Below, piece by piece: positions 50,084 through 64,000 of a stretch of DNA of 64,000 nt. Positions within the stretch are counted from its first letter, which is position 1. Each line of letters opens with the position of its first letter. The notes below the pieces were generated by a model. It had not been told where the DNA came from. It ran no database searches and saw only the letters and a list, made by a program, of their open reading frames with translations. Source of the DNA: Perkinsus chesapeaki ATCC PRA-425 (Eukaryota; Protista; Perkinsozoa); the NCBI GenBank assembly GCA_013115145.1, contig JAAPAO010000051.1, positions 38,560-102,559 on the forward strand, read 5' to 3'. A program made the position numbers and the translations under genes.

Positions 50084-53000
50084 TTAAAGGTCATCAAGGC
50101 AAATCTTGACAGCAGTAGGGACATTAGAGCTGGTGCGGGGCTTCTTTTCCTTATGGTGATGATGATGGCCTGCTTGACCACGCTTTTCCGACCGTTGCAC
50201 TTGAGAGCTTCCAAAGCCTGAGGCTGCCATCTGACTGCTGCCTTGTGCCTGTAACAGAGATGGTACTACTGTAGGGTTGTTCGGTGCCATCGGTGGATAT
50301 GCCTGCAGTGGGGCAGAAGATGTCGACATGCCAGCACCGAGGTGCTGTCGCATTTCATCTATAGAGTGAGCATAAGAACAATGTTCACCATAGCCACACT
50401 TTCCTTCCATAAAGTGCTTACACAACTCTGTTTTATATCTCCTTGGGGCAGGAGGTTGAACAGATATTTGTTGACCCATCATACCCATACCAGCAGCAAC
50501 AGGAGGGGGAGCGAGTGGATTACTAACACCACCGGGATAACTGACACTTCCACCAGCACCGTGCCCAAGACGCTCTTGCAGCTCTCGAATTCGTCTATCA
50601 GTTTCATCTTCTGAGCTGCTATCACTCGAGCTACTCCTCGACGATGAACCAGAGGACGATGATCTCGATCTGCTGCGATGCTTTCGTTTACTTTCAAAAC
50701 GACGCTTTTCAGCTAGTCTAATATCATTAGCACTGACGGAACCCTTAGGCAGATCTCCGCCTGCTCCAGCTAGTACTCCAGACACACCTCCGCCATAGTA
50801 AGCCATTTCCTCTGCACCATGTGCGTAATTACAATAAGCTCCCTTCTGACACATTCCTTGTTGGAAGGCCTGACACATTCTAGTCTTGTAATACGGGTTA
50901 CTAGGTGGCGCGTGACCTAGTGGAGCGGAAGCAATGCCGACATCGCCCCCAAGGCCAGAGCCACTAAGTGTTACGCTATCACCCACACGAGCAGTCGGCA
51001 TCACAATTCCAGTATGTATACCACCAACTAAACCACCGCCTGGTCTGCCTCCACCTGCTACATTTGGCCGAAGCTCTTGTGGACCATGGGCATAGCTACA
51101 CGATTGTCCGCGTGGGCATGATCCAGTCTGGTAGAGTGGACAAAGTCGTGTCTTATAGAAAGCTCCATGGCCAGGTGGGATAGGAGCCGTCGGAGGAACA
51201 AAGCCTGGAAATGCTGATGCTGAAGAGCCAGTGCCGTTCATAGGCCCGCCATCTCTTGTATGGGACACACTGACCCTGCCCGACTCGCTACGATGACGGC
51301 TCGAAGATTTGCTCCGCCGCCGGGATCGGGATGATGATCGTGACCGGTGATGGCGATGGTGATGTTTCTTATGCCTATCCTTTCTTCTAATGGCTACTGC
51401 TGGCCCTGTAGCTTCCTTAGAATCTCCTTCTCCCTCATCAGCACTCATCTCGATTACCGGATCCGGATCCCCAGGTCTTTTATACAACAATTCCTTTGCC
51501 CAATCCTTCCTCACAGCATAAACAAGACTCTGCTCAACAAACTTCTGGAGAGTTTCCAGCTTCTGCTTCCGTGGCTTAGCCGGCATCTTCAGACCTTCAT
51601 TAATTGAGAAACGTTCCCATAAGGTCTGCCACTGAGGATCATTGGCTTCCATCCCTAGTTTGACTAGCCGATAGAGAAAGCCGAACGATTTCCAGTCAAT
51701 GGTACGCCGTACAAGATGCTCGCTACTCCCTTGATGAGCATCATTCGAAGACGACGACACTAATCCGACGGGCGTCGCAGAGCCCGATGCTCCGGGAAGT
51801 AACTGACAATGGGACTACTAATTGACAGGTGAGGCATAAGATACCTGATGACGCTTGAGACCAGTAGGCCTCATAAGATCTGTAACATTCTCCAGTCCAG
51901 CTGCATCCTTTATTCCATACTCGGAAGCGATAAAGCGAGCTGCTGATACTTCTGTCTCCCCAAACTAACAGCTAACATAGAGAACAAATGGGCTCGATTA
52001 TGGATACCTGCGGCTTTGCAGCTATTCCATCGACGTGTGACACATACAAGGAGCCAGCTCGAGTGAACAATGATACGTCTCGAAGGCCAAATCTGATGTA
52101 AAGCTAATAGGAACTACTTCTCGCCCTACAACATACTTGTACACTCCTTTAGTGATCTTTTTTGGACGTGGTCTGAACTTCCTGGCTGTTGTTGGTACTC
52201 GTGACAGGGTCTCTCTCAACAAGAGGTCGACTGATGACATCGAAACTGGAATAATGTTAAGTCAGAAAGATCTACCCAGATCCTCTGCCTCGCCAGTATT
52301 ATCCTCAACAAGCGAGGGTACTGAAGGCATCAGACTAGTGTCCTTTGTATCACTCCCATCCTCATCAGACGAGCCCCCAGGTGAAGGCTGAAGTGCGATA
52401 CACCATGTCAAAACCTATTCCTCAGCTTACCGCTGCCTTTGTGATGCTTGCTCCAGTTAAACTAGCCTGCGCCCGTGCTGCAACTCCAGCAGCTAGTGTT
52501 GAGGCAGTCTCGGCACCAGGACCAACAGTTGCTCCTATTCAACATACCTTACTTCATTAGTGTCGTGAGGTTAATCTTACCCATATTCATAACAAGGATG
52601 TCAGGCGTATCACCTTGTGGAGCTGCTGGATCTGCCATTTGTATTTTCTTCATCTTTGCAGCCTACAGATGGAAGAAAAAGACTTCCGCACTATATCTAG
52701 GATATTTAGGATTACAGCTCCTCCAGGTTGACTCAAGCATTTGGCGGTTGTATTCTGAATATCTACTTCAAATATCCCTACTCCTAGCAGACGAAGAATA
52801 GCTCCGACAGTATCAGCAGTTAGGAGATCCCTGAAAAATCACCGTGATAATTTACTAAAGAGCCGGCTTCAGGTGCTACTTTGGAATACGAGCTCCCTTT
52901 GAACCACTAATTTCAGTGAATTGGAAGTTAGTGATAGCTCGGTCGATATCCGCACCGTAAGGGAGAGAAAACTCTCGTTTTCCCAGAGGCAGAATCTATG

Positions 53001-54727
53001 GCATGCAAAGATATGCGGTAACCAAGCAGCAACAATACGTTACAGAAGTAAATGCTTGTATAGCTGCATCAGTTTCACGTGGTCCTTTGGAGAGATAGCT
53101 CTTGTAGTCTTCCAATGCTCGCTTATTGTGCCTAACATAAAACATATGTGAATAGATTAAAGTATCACTTGCGATGAGCTAGTCGAGTACTACTTTTGTA
53201 TCTGTTTGTCCAGCCACCGTGTTAGGACGCTCTTTCCAGTGGTGTGTAGAACAAAAAACTCCTTGTCGGCCTCTTCTACGAACTCTTTGCAAGCGGATAT
53301 CTGAAATACTATTGACTGATAGCTCCGCAAGTGATTAATTACCTTGGACGCTTCTCGTATCGTCATTGCTAGGACTGTCATGAAATCTTCCTTCAACGCA
53401 GTGTCCGGAATATCCTGACCGGGTAAGGCTCAAGCGGTGGCATTAAAGATGCCTGCTGCCGCTCTTGCTCAGATACTACCTTGTACAGCTTCAACGATGG
53501 ACTGTTTGAAGCATTCGTGAGAGATATGTTAACATCAGTGGGACTGCGCTCATTCGCTGGGGCCCTAATAAGAACACATGAATATTAATCCTCTGAGATG
53601 AGGCAAATAGAAAGACTCACCGGAGCCATTCCTCAAGTGAATCAATGGTTCGGTTAACACGTTCCACTAAAACGCTGTTGACTGTAGGGCAACCCACGAC
53701 TAGCTCCTTCCTCTGAGAATCCAGTGATAAATGACCTGAACGGACACAATGGGTTAAATGTAACAATAAAAACGCCAAATTCATATCGTAACGATGCCAT
53801 TAATGCAAACAGTTCGCAGCAAAGTTATGAGTCATACGTGTCCGTGATCAGATCGTGATGAATCGAAGACAATGATGTACACCCTTCATCACCCCATGTG
53901 GCATATTACCATCCTTCACAATAAGATCCAAGAAACGTAGCACTCCTCCTCTCAATTCAGAGTCACATCGTCCACCTGTTGACAGTGTAACAGTCTTCGC
54001 ATGATCTCCCGTGGGACGAGCTCCCAAGAGCAATTGTCCAACACGCCCCATTGCGGGGCTGCATAGCCACGCCTTGCCTTGATCAAAATCACCTACGAGC
54101 CGATGAAATAATACACCTACTCGGTATACACGAGAGATACCTCCGATGACCTTAGCAAATGCTAGTTCGAACATCTTCGATGCGGCCTTTCTAGTGGATG
54201 CGTCTATGTCCGGATGACTTTGGAAACGCGTTGGGTCCAATACCTCCCTAAAATCAAACATACATATCCTGACAATCATCATACACTTCAAATGCTTTAA
54301 CGTGGTCTTATCCTCATGAAATTACAGTGGATAACCCGTTACTACCCTCGAACCATCGCTGCCATACACTCCACAGCAGCAGTTTCAAACTCATCAGTGA
54401 AGCAGGGTGCCTTATCCTCCAAAGTTTTAGCTAGCTGCTCACGGGCCTCCTCCGAAGCAACAAGCTCTAACACGGCTCTGCAATCAGTCGATATAGCGTT
54501 ATACGTAGAATATACATACCGAATGAAGTTGGGGGCGAACATCTCCTTAAGGACCTTCGCAGACTGCTTCCGATGAGCCTCTTTCTCGTCTACTGATGCG
54601 TCCTCATTCAAGGCCTAATAGCAGTATGAACAACTCCAACAGTATGAAGCAGTACGTTGAGAGAGTTCAGGGAACCCTGATGTACCCTCCAGAATGTCTT
54701 TAGGAAGGTTGAAGTAGGAGCAACCAT
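50084..54727 (-). CDS. Large alpha-helical protein joined to an RS-rich triple CCCH zinc-finger module
   Basis: A manual GT-AG exon chain is open from ATG 54727 (MVAPTSTFLKTFWR) through AKPQ|LLVWETEV...KRHQ| into the ~1.7-kb terminal exon. Three CX7CX5CX3H fingers preceded by FYKTRL, YYKTRM and RYKTEL. RS-rich tracts. Confidence is high for the CCCH exon and moderate for the fusion. Confidence 0.65.
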
Positions 54728-54847
54728 ACAAAGGGAAAGAGGCAACTCCTGTAGAATAGCGCTTCGCAAATATCCACACCCAACCCAACGAGTGTCGAGT
54801 AGTAGAAACGTTTGAAGCTGATGACCGACGTAGTTGTAGAATAGCGT

Positions 54848-55366
54848 CTACTTGAACGAAGGAGTAGTGGTCAGCCTGGTCGATCGACGGCCCTTACGGC
54901 TGATCTCCTCGATCATCTCAGGGCTCATCTTCATGACCTTGGACATGGCCTTCTTGTCATACCTGCGAAGCTTGCTTGTATTCTTGATAACCTAAAGGAA
55001 TAACCTCATGTATGGGGCAGAGAACGTCAATGACCATACCTGGTATTGCCCACTTCTGATCTCATTCTCCTTCTTTCTCTCTGCCTTCTCAACACGTTTT
55101 TTGTTAGCGATGGCCCTCTTCTCCTTGGCTAGAGCCTTCAGTTCCGCTTCGCGACTCTTTGTTAGGCGTGCGTCTCTCTCGCGGACTTTTCGAGCTTCGA
55201 ACTTGCTCATGCCCGGCTTAGCAGGAGGACGGTAGTCCCTGGTACTAGCCTTGACTTTGATAGACCTAAATTACAAATGAAACCTCTTCCAGGCCCTACA
55301 GATGAATCCAGCCCCACGTTTCATTCGACCCAACAGATGATTTACGCGTGCTGGGCCAGAGTTCAT
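54848..55366 (-). CDS. CGR1: Cgr1/CCDC86-family nucleolar protein
   Basis: SKFEARKVRERDARLTKSREAELK...EKAERKKENEIRSGQYQV|IKNTSKLRRYDKKAMSKV matches the Cgr1/CCDC86 pattern (k.rreEnerk...QvIkn..Klkr). The start is uncertain (55366 or 55210). Confidence 0.75.
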
Positions 55367-55632
55367 AAAGATTTTTACAAGAAAAGCAGGGCACGCTCAG
55401 TAGTTCGCGGATCAACTAATAAGAAGAGCACGATGATATAGCTCAGAGTTATTAGATCTGCGATAAACCATATTCTAGGGTACTTCTGTATCTTACATCG
55501 TATTTAAGAGGCAACGCGTAGCACATTGTGTTACGGGTATGGTTTCATGCAAAATATTAGGTTGGAATTATTTAAGCACAAAATCGAGATGATACAAAGT
55601 CGATGAGTTCATTCCATAACATGATATGTGCC

Positions 55633-58054
55633 ATGACTATGTTTGGCCTAACCACTGCACCATCATCCTACCCCAAATACTACTTGCTTCCAGGAAGCTG
55701 CTTCCAAGGCCTTCCACTTACGCACATTCGAGAGGGATTCTGGTCCTTAGGAGGTCGAACCTTAGTCATAGCTGTTAAAGATAATACACTGCCCAACTGT
55801 ACCGCGCGGTCCAAACACGTCAACGAACTCAATCCGGAACAATTATTCGCTTCAAATGCTACGGGTACTGCAAAACTTTGCCGGCTTGGGTCAGGTTCGT
55901 ATATCCGAATTTGCACCACTCAAGGTGAACCTATAAGGGATATGTGTCACCTAGGACAATTCGAAATACACGCGTCTCGAAATCTACCAAATGAAAGAAT
56001 CGAGTGAAATCGCGCGCGCCAACGTGGAGCAAGATCTCGGCCTTCGACGCTCGCATGTGTTAGAAATTGTTTGTTTTAGTAGCCCATCCATGGATAATCC
56101 CCCTCAAGCGAACAGCCGTAAGATTTTCATACGGCGAAAACTCGCTGTGAATGAAGTAAGTGCGGTACAGGAGCCAGCTCTTCAAAACTACACTAGCGAG
56201 AGGCCTAAAGCCGCACCACCTGCAGGCAGTAGACGTTCGATAACTCCTACACATGGTAATGGAGATACTCGAAGAACTTCCAACTTCGACAAGTTCTCAG
56301 TGGATAAACCCGCTGGTCATGCGACGGACTCTTTATTCCCATCACAAGAGGACGTAAGTCGACTGAGCAGGGACTACCTTGCGGCAAGGCAAAAGTAATT
56401 ATTATGGGGCTCGTGGCAACATTTAGACATTGCTACTAACGTTAGGATCTCGGAATTCCTTGATGACGTCACAACTGGACAATCAATTATTGAACTCGTT
56501 CTTCGCTGGGTTTTATCCGCGTTTTATCTGTTAGGAGGCTACAGAGCTTAACCTTGGAAGGGAGGCTGATGGCAAATAGGGATACGCGTGTTATTGACCG
56601 TCACGAAGCTGTTACTCAGCATTGGGAAAGGTATGCTAAGGGAATTGCAGTTTACAGTGCTCGCTTAGGTTCCGTCAACTTGCATCGAAAATGACTAATA
56701 GGGGAGTTGGTGAGCTTGCTATAACCCGCGCAGAAGAGTATTTCATTTATCTATATCGCACTTCGCTTATTACCCTATGTTTTAGACATCGTGAGCGTAA
56801 TGAACTATTCGAGTTGATAGATGCTGTTACTCCAGTAGCTGAGAAAAGCGGTGAAGATTTGTGGTATCACACCCTTCGTAATGGCGGTGTTAAATTTATA
56901 CAAGTGCGATACCATTTTGAACAATCTTCAGTGTGCTGATATTCAGGTTGGGAATATGTTTTCTGGTCTGTACGTACCGTTGAAACTAACTCGAGCACAT
57001 CTTCTGAACGAGATCGTTCGTAAGCCGTGGCTCAAGGATTGCTTTAACCATAGGGAAGGGAAGTATCATAAAACTTGGAGGGATGACCAGTACCTTAAAG
57101 ACAGATTAACCCGGTAAGCGCGTCGTTGCCCGCCATTGTGAAACGACAAATGGTCATAGCTTCCGTGTTCCGATGAGGAATGCTGCAGCCGGAGTCATTG
57201 GATTCGATGATACTCTCGAGATAGTGGGTAGACGACAAGGCATGGGAACTAGTTGTGATGTAATAATGGGAGCTCATAGGAGGTGTGGTCACATATGAGG
57301 GATTAGGGCAACGTATACGGGCAGGAACGTGATCAACCGACGGCTACTGGTGAAAGCGCACCCGAAGTATGCGAGGTATGTTGTAAAGTGCTGTGAACTT
57401 TGATCAGTGTTATTCGAGGGGTAGTCTAGTTTCCGATAGGGTTGTTTCAGAAACGCATTAGTGCCCACACTGGACCAAGCGTGTCTGTGTCGACGTCTCA
57501 TATCTATTTCTCCGTTTACACAATCGGTTCGCCACCAACCTTGAAGGAACTTAAGATAACGAATGATGGATCAACGGTGCGTAGTCGGTACTCATGTCCA
57601 GTATATTTTCTTTAACTAGGTTATTGACTTCGAGTTCGGCCCTGTCCAGCAAATTGAAACCATTGGGTCTCGCGAGTCACCGTTTAGGTCTCATCAATGT
57701 ACCGGCCGACTACTTCCCGGAGACTCAAAAATCCTATACATATCCTTTGATAGCCCGGTAATAACTACTTTCTTCTGCATTGACCAAACTGTCCAGGTAA
57801 CGGGTTACTTTCAAGACCTATGGTTTATCAAGACGATCCCCGTAACAGAGAAAATAATAATTACTTTTGAGGGGATGGCTGCAGTTGATCCGGAATTGAC
57901 CAAATCCGAGGTGGACTCCGAATTCAGTGAACTATATTTCTCTCAAGTGACTGCTGCTCAGAAAGCAATACATGCTATGGATGACGAAGTGGCTAGGAGT
58001 AGTATATTGAGGGATATGCGCGAAATTGTGTATGATATTGTTGACCTCGTGTAA
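55633..58054 (+). CDS. Hypothetical protein, multi-exon
   Basis: Exons join in frame: ...ISEFLDDV..|RLQSLTLEGRL..QHWER|FRQLASKM..RAEE|RERNELFELIDAVTPVAEKSGEDLWYHTLRNGGVKFIQ|VGNMFSGLYVPL...; last exon ends IVYDIVDLV*. The start and single-gene status are uncertain. Confidence 0.5.
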
Positions 58055-58380
58055 TACTTGTGGCGAGGGCTTAATGTGTGGGCATTGTTGTTTTCCCGCT
58101 TAGACATGGCTCAAAAGGTTAAGGGGCTCATGTGAACTATCCTTTGCCATTGTTGTTACATACCAATTCCCGCACAATTTCCATGCAATAAGACTGTTAT
58201 TGAGATGTTTGTAGTTGGTGTTGGTAGTTCCATATCAATGGGGATGATATGGATTGTGGATTGTGATGATGGGAAGTTCAACCTGAAGGGATTCCCTCCG
58301 AGGCAAACGTTAGAATGTTTAGAGGAAGTTACACAGCAGGGAAAAAATAACCGTTTCCCTCAAGCCTTTTCATTTATCCG

Positions 58381-61209
<2,829 letters not shown>

Positions 61210-61569
61210 TGACGTATGGGAAATCTTCCGTGTCTTTGTTACGGCGCTTTGTTCAGGTTCGACTGGGAACAGCTTGCCAGGCTCGGCCGCAAGCTTGTTA
61301 CCGATCGCAGTGCTTATGACTCCTCGGCGAAATGAGACTATGTAACTGCAGTGTAACTTTCTATAATATCATCCGTCCAGAGCCTGCTTGCGCTTTCTTC
61401 ACCTATCTTTAATATTCCGGCTATAAGTCGGACATGCTCGACTGTGGCTCTTTTAGCATTACTATCCAAAGGTGTCTCGAATCTTATTTTTAACCTTCCC
61501 CGCAGTTCTTGCGTTTCATTCCGTTTGAATTGACAGTATTCGACAGTGCTCCTAGGTTTATTCAGCAAG

Positions 61570-63788
61570 ATGAGGGCCTCAACGAGCTTGCGGTTGCGGT
61601 TACCCGACAAGGTTAGGTGTTTTAGCATCGCTCCTGTCAAAAGGAGGTCTGCCCTAGCGCTGCGGGACCATAACCCGGAGCATGGATCCGAATTTTGGAC
61701 ACCTTTACAGCGTTATCAGCGGAATATTTTCGAGGTATCCAGTTCTAAAGTATCTAGAGGAAGTCAGTTGTTTGACAGGTACGTCGCATGGAACATCACG
61801 TATTGGCGGCCGCTATGGAAACTGCTGCCAACGAAAAACACTTTAATAAGTCTTTGTGGCTCGAGTACCTCAAGCGCTGTAGGGACTTGGTGGACGCTCC
61901 CCTATTCACCGGTCATACAAAACCTCAGGAATGGAAGAATGCACGCCTCGTTTTATAGGCCGAGATCTTTCCAAAGTCCTATCTGCATTGACCCGCGTAA
62001 GGTTTGCTATCATTAACTCCGACTCTACTCGAACGAGGATTGTAGAGGATATCCTTACAGCTGCGGAAAAGCGGGTATTGTTTCAACAATAGTATTTGAT
62101 AATTACTTTTTCCGATAGATACTTGACACTTCCCAGAATAAATTGTGTTTCACCACGCCTCAGCAAATCGCATGGACAGCATATGGAATCTGTAAGCTGT
62201 CGAGGTAGAGGCATGTCAGCTGAACTTCGACAAACCTTTTCCCTCCTACAATTCAGGCTTAGCGCGGAAGCGGCGGCAAATCTAGCGGACAGGTTTGTCC
62301 GGTTGGTGGCAGATGACCCTAGTGTACGTTCGTCTGCGAAAGACTGTGGGATGATTCTCGCAGCGTTCAAAACACGTAGCCCTAATCTGCTAGAGTACTA
62401 ATATAGACTCTGTAAAGTCCTTTACCCAGTGTAGGACTATGAGAACGTATGTATGTACCGTGCGATCCGCGAAATATACACATACGTTCCTAACTCTATT
62501 CATTCGTGAGCGCATCATCAGGTTCCTATGTAACCATCTTCTCCCTGCCATTGATGTATATGATTTCATCGAGTGGAAATACGTTTGGACATGTTTGGCC
62601 ACCATGTTGGCGGAGGGCCACCACGCAGAATCTCTGTCACAGGATACAGCCAGTCCTGCTGCACGGACACTAGTGCGCGAAGGGTTATTATTTCATGCTG
62701 GTAGATTGTTTGTCAGGCCCGACTTGGGTGCATCTTGGAGGAGCATGCTAGCGAACTGGGGCCGCATGAAGTGTCTCGAATACTGTCAAGCATATCGCTG
62801 GACTCCTGCGCATTTCCATCAGCAGACTGTGTGGCTGCGCTTTTGAAGAGAGTCAAAGATCTACGGGATGAGCTGTCGGTCGCCGACATTGCAGGAATCG
62901 CTTCTGGTGAGCCCGCGAGCTCCATTTCTCAGAAACCGTTTTCCATGAAGCTTTGGGAAACTGTAGGTTTGCACAGTGGGCACCAAATTGATGATGCTGA
63001 AGTAGTGGCATGCCTTCTCTCGAGACTGACCGATCTGGCAATCGATCAAGAACCAAATGCGAGAAGGTTTATCACCGCAACATCTATTTTATGCGAGGCA
63101 GCCCATCGGATGTCCAACAGTAAGATTATTAAACTCCAGGCGTCAAGAAAACGTTTGTGGGGTTTAGGTTACTCGGCGCTAGTGTTCGAGAACTTCAGGT
63201 TGCAGTCGGAATACTTCATACGCTCGGTTATCTCAGAGCACCACTCAATGAAGAACTCACAAGTACTCGCATCATATTTTCCCGCAACAACTCATGAAGT
63301 ACCTTGCTTATAAAGTAGCATAGTGTGCTTCATTTATCGTACATTAGTTACGTCATGAAGGAAAAGCGAGTTCGCGGGTGGGCGAGAATATACTTCATCG
63401 AGAGGGGTTGCCGGATGTTCGGACCAATCGCGCTCAATCACTTTAACGTATTAACTCTTAGAAGAATGACACTGTTGGCGTCTTGCTGCGCGTCATTTCG
63501 CTCCTAGATGGGCTACAAATTAGATATAGCGGTATACGTTTCAAGCAGAGTTTCCGATGAGAGTGACCTTAAGAGTCTTGAGTTTTAGTATGTTACTTAC
63601 AGCATATAAATGTCGAAATGCAAAGCATGAACGGAAGGGAAGCTTTCCGAAGGAAACTTTCCAAGCCACATGGATGAACCAATGCTACTAAATCAGATAA
63701 CTCAACTCCATCTCTGGAAGCCTTCCAGTGGAAGGATCCCTCTACCAGAAGTTCAGGCCAGGGTCTCTACGTTTGTTACCAGTGACTG
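61570..63788 (+). CDS. Probable mitochondrial HPR/OPR-like helical-repeat protein, multi-exon
   Basis: Presequence-like MRASTSLRLRLPDKVRCFS. Repeats KSLWLEYLKRCRDL, GRDLSKVLSALTRV, TPQQIAWTAYGICKL, SAKDCGMILAAF, GPHEVSRILSSI, SVADIAGIASG. The 3' end is approximate. Confidence 0.55.
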
Positions 63789-64000
63789 ACTTCAATGCAT
63801 CGCTAATTTGGCGATTCGTCAAAGGCAAAAAAATAGTAAAGATACGAGGTGTGGCGTTCGAGCCTGAGCCTTTGGTGTGAAAGTCCGACGCGCGACCACT
63901 ACACAGTTTTGCCGTCACCGAACGCGCGACTAAACTAAAATTTTCTCATTACTTGGAAATTTTCCACGCTCCAATTGGAGTCGTTCGCAGGTACTCCCAG

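Noticed and set aside
53848-54611. Resemblance of the helical region to URB1/Npa1 or PA200/Blm10
   Set aside because: The matching words (MVRG, FDFR) probably lie in introns (41-nt and 39-nt GT-AG candidates), so the similarity largely disappears after splicing.
61338-61640. Minus-strand 100-aa ORF
   Set aside because: It overlaps the start of the plus-strand helical-repeat gene and has no motif; most likely a shadow ORF.

Overview
Gene-dense eukaryotic nuclear DNA with many short GT-AG introns (mostly about 28-60 nt). The gene set is typical of alveolates: a CDPK, a DPAP-type cathepsin C, RAP/OPR/HPR helical-repeat proteins, an apicomplexan-like ATP synthase epsilon and IFT172. This fits a Perkinsus-like organism, which is an inference and not a database result. 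I spliced about 23 genes by hand. They sit in co-directional blocks with gaps of only about 100-350 bp. I saw no tRNA, rRNA, transposase or CRISPR array. Main points of interest: (i) a roughly 1,200-1,300-aa gene joining an unknown alpha-helical protein to an RS-rich triple-CCCH RNA-binding module through a 42-nt in-frame intron that contains two stop codons, a possible intron-retention switch; (ii) unusual domain architectures (F-BAR+PH, EF-hand+WD40, ankyrin+split C2); (iii) up to three candidate mitochondrial helical-repeat RNA proteins; (iv) a TIS11-like CCCH gene with a canonical UUAUUUAUU element just downstream of its stop. Exon boundaries and gene ends are manual estimates.
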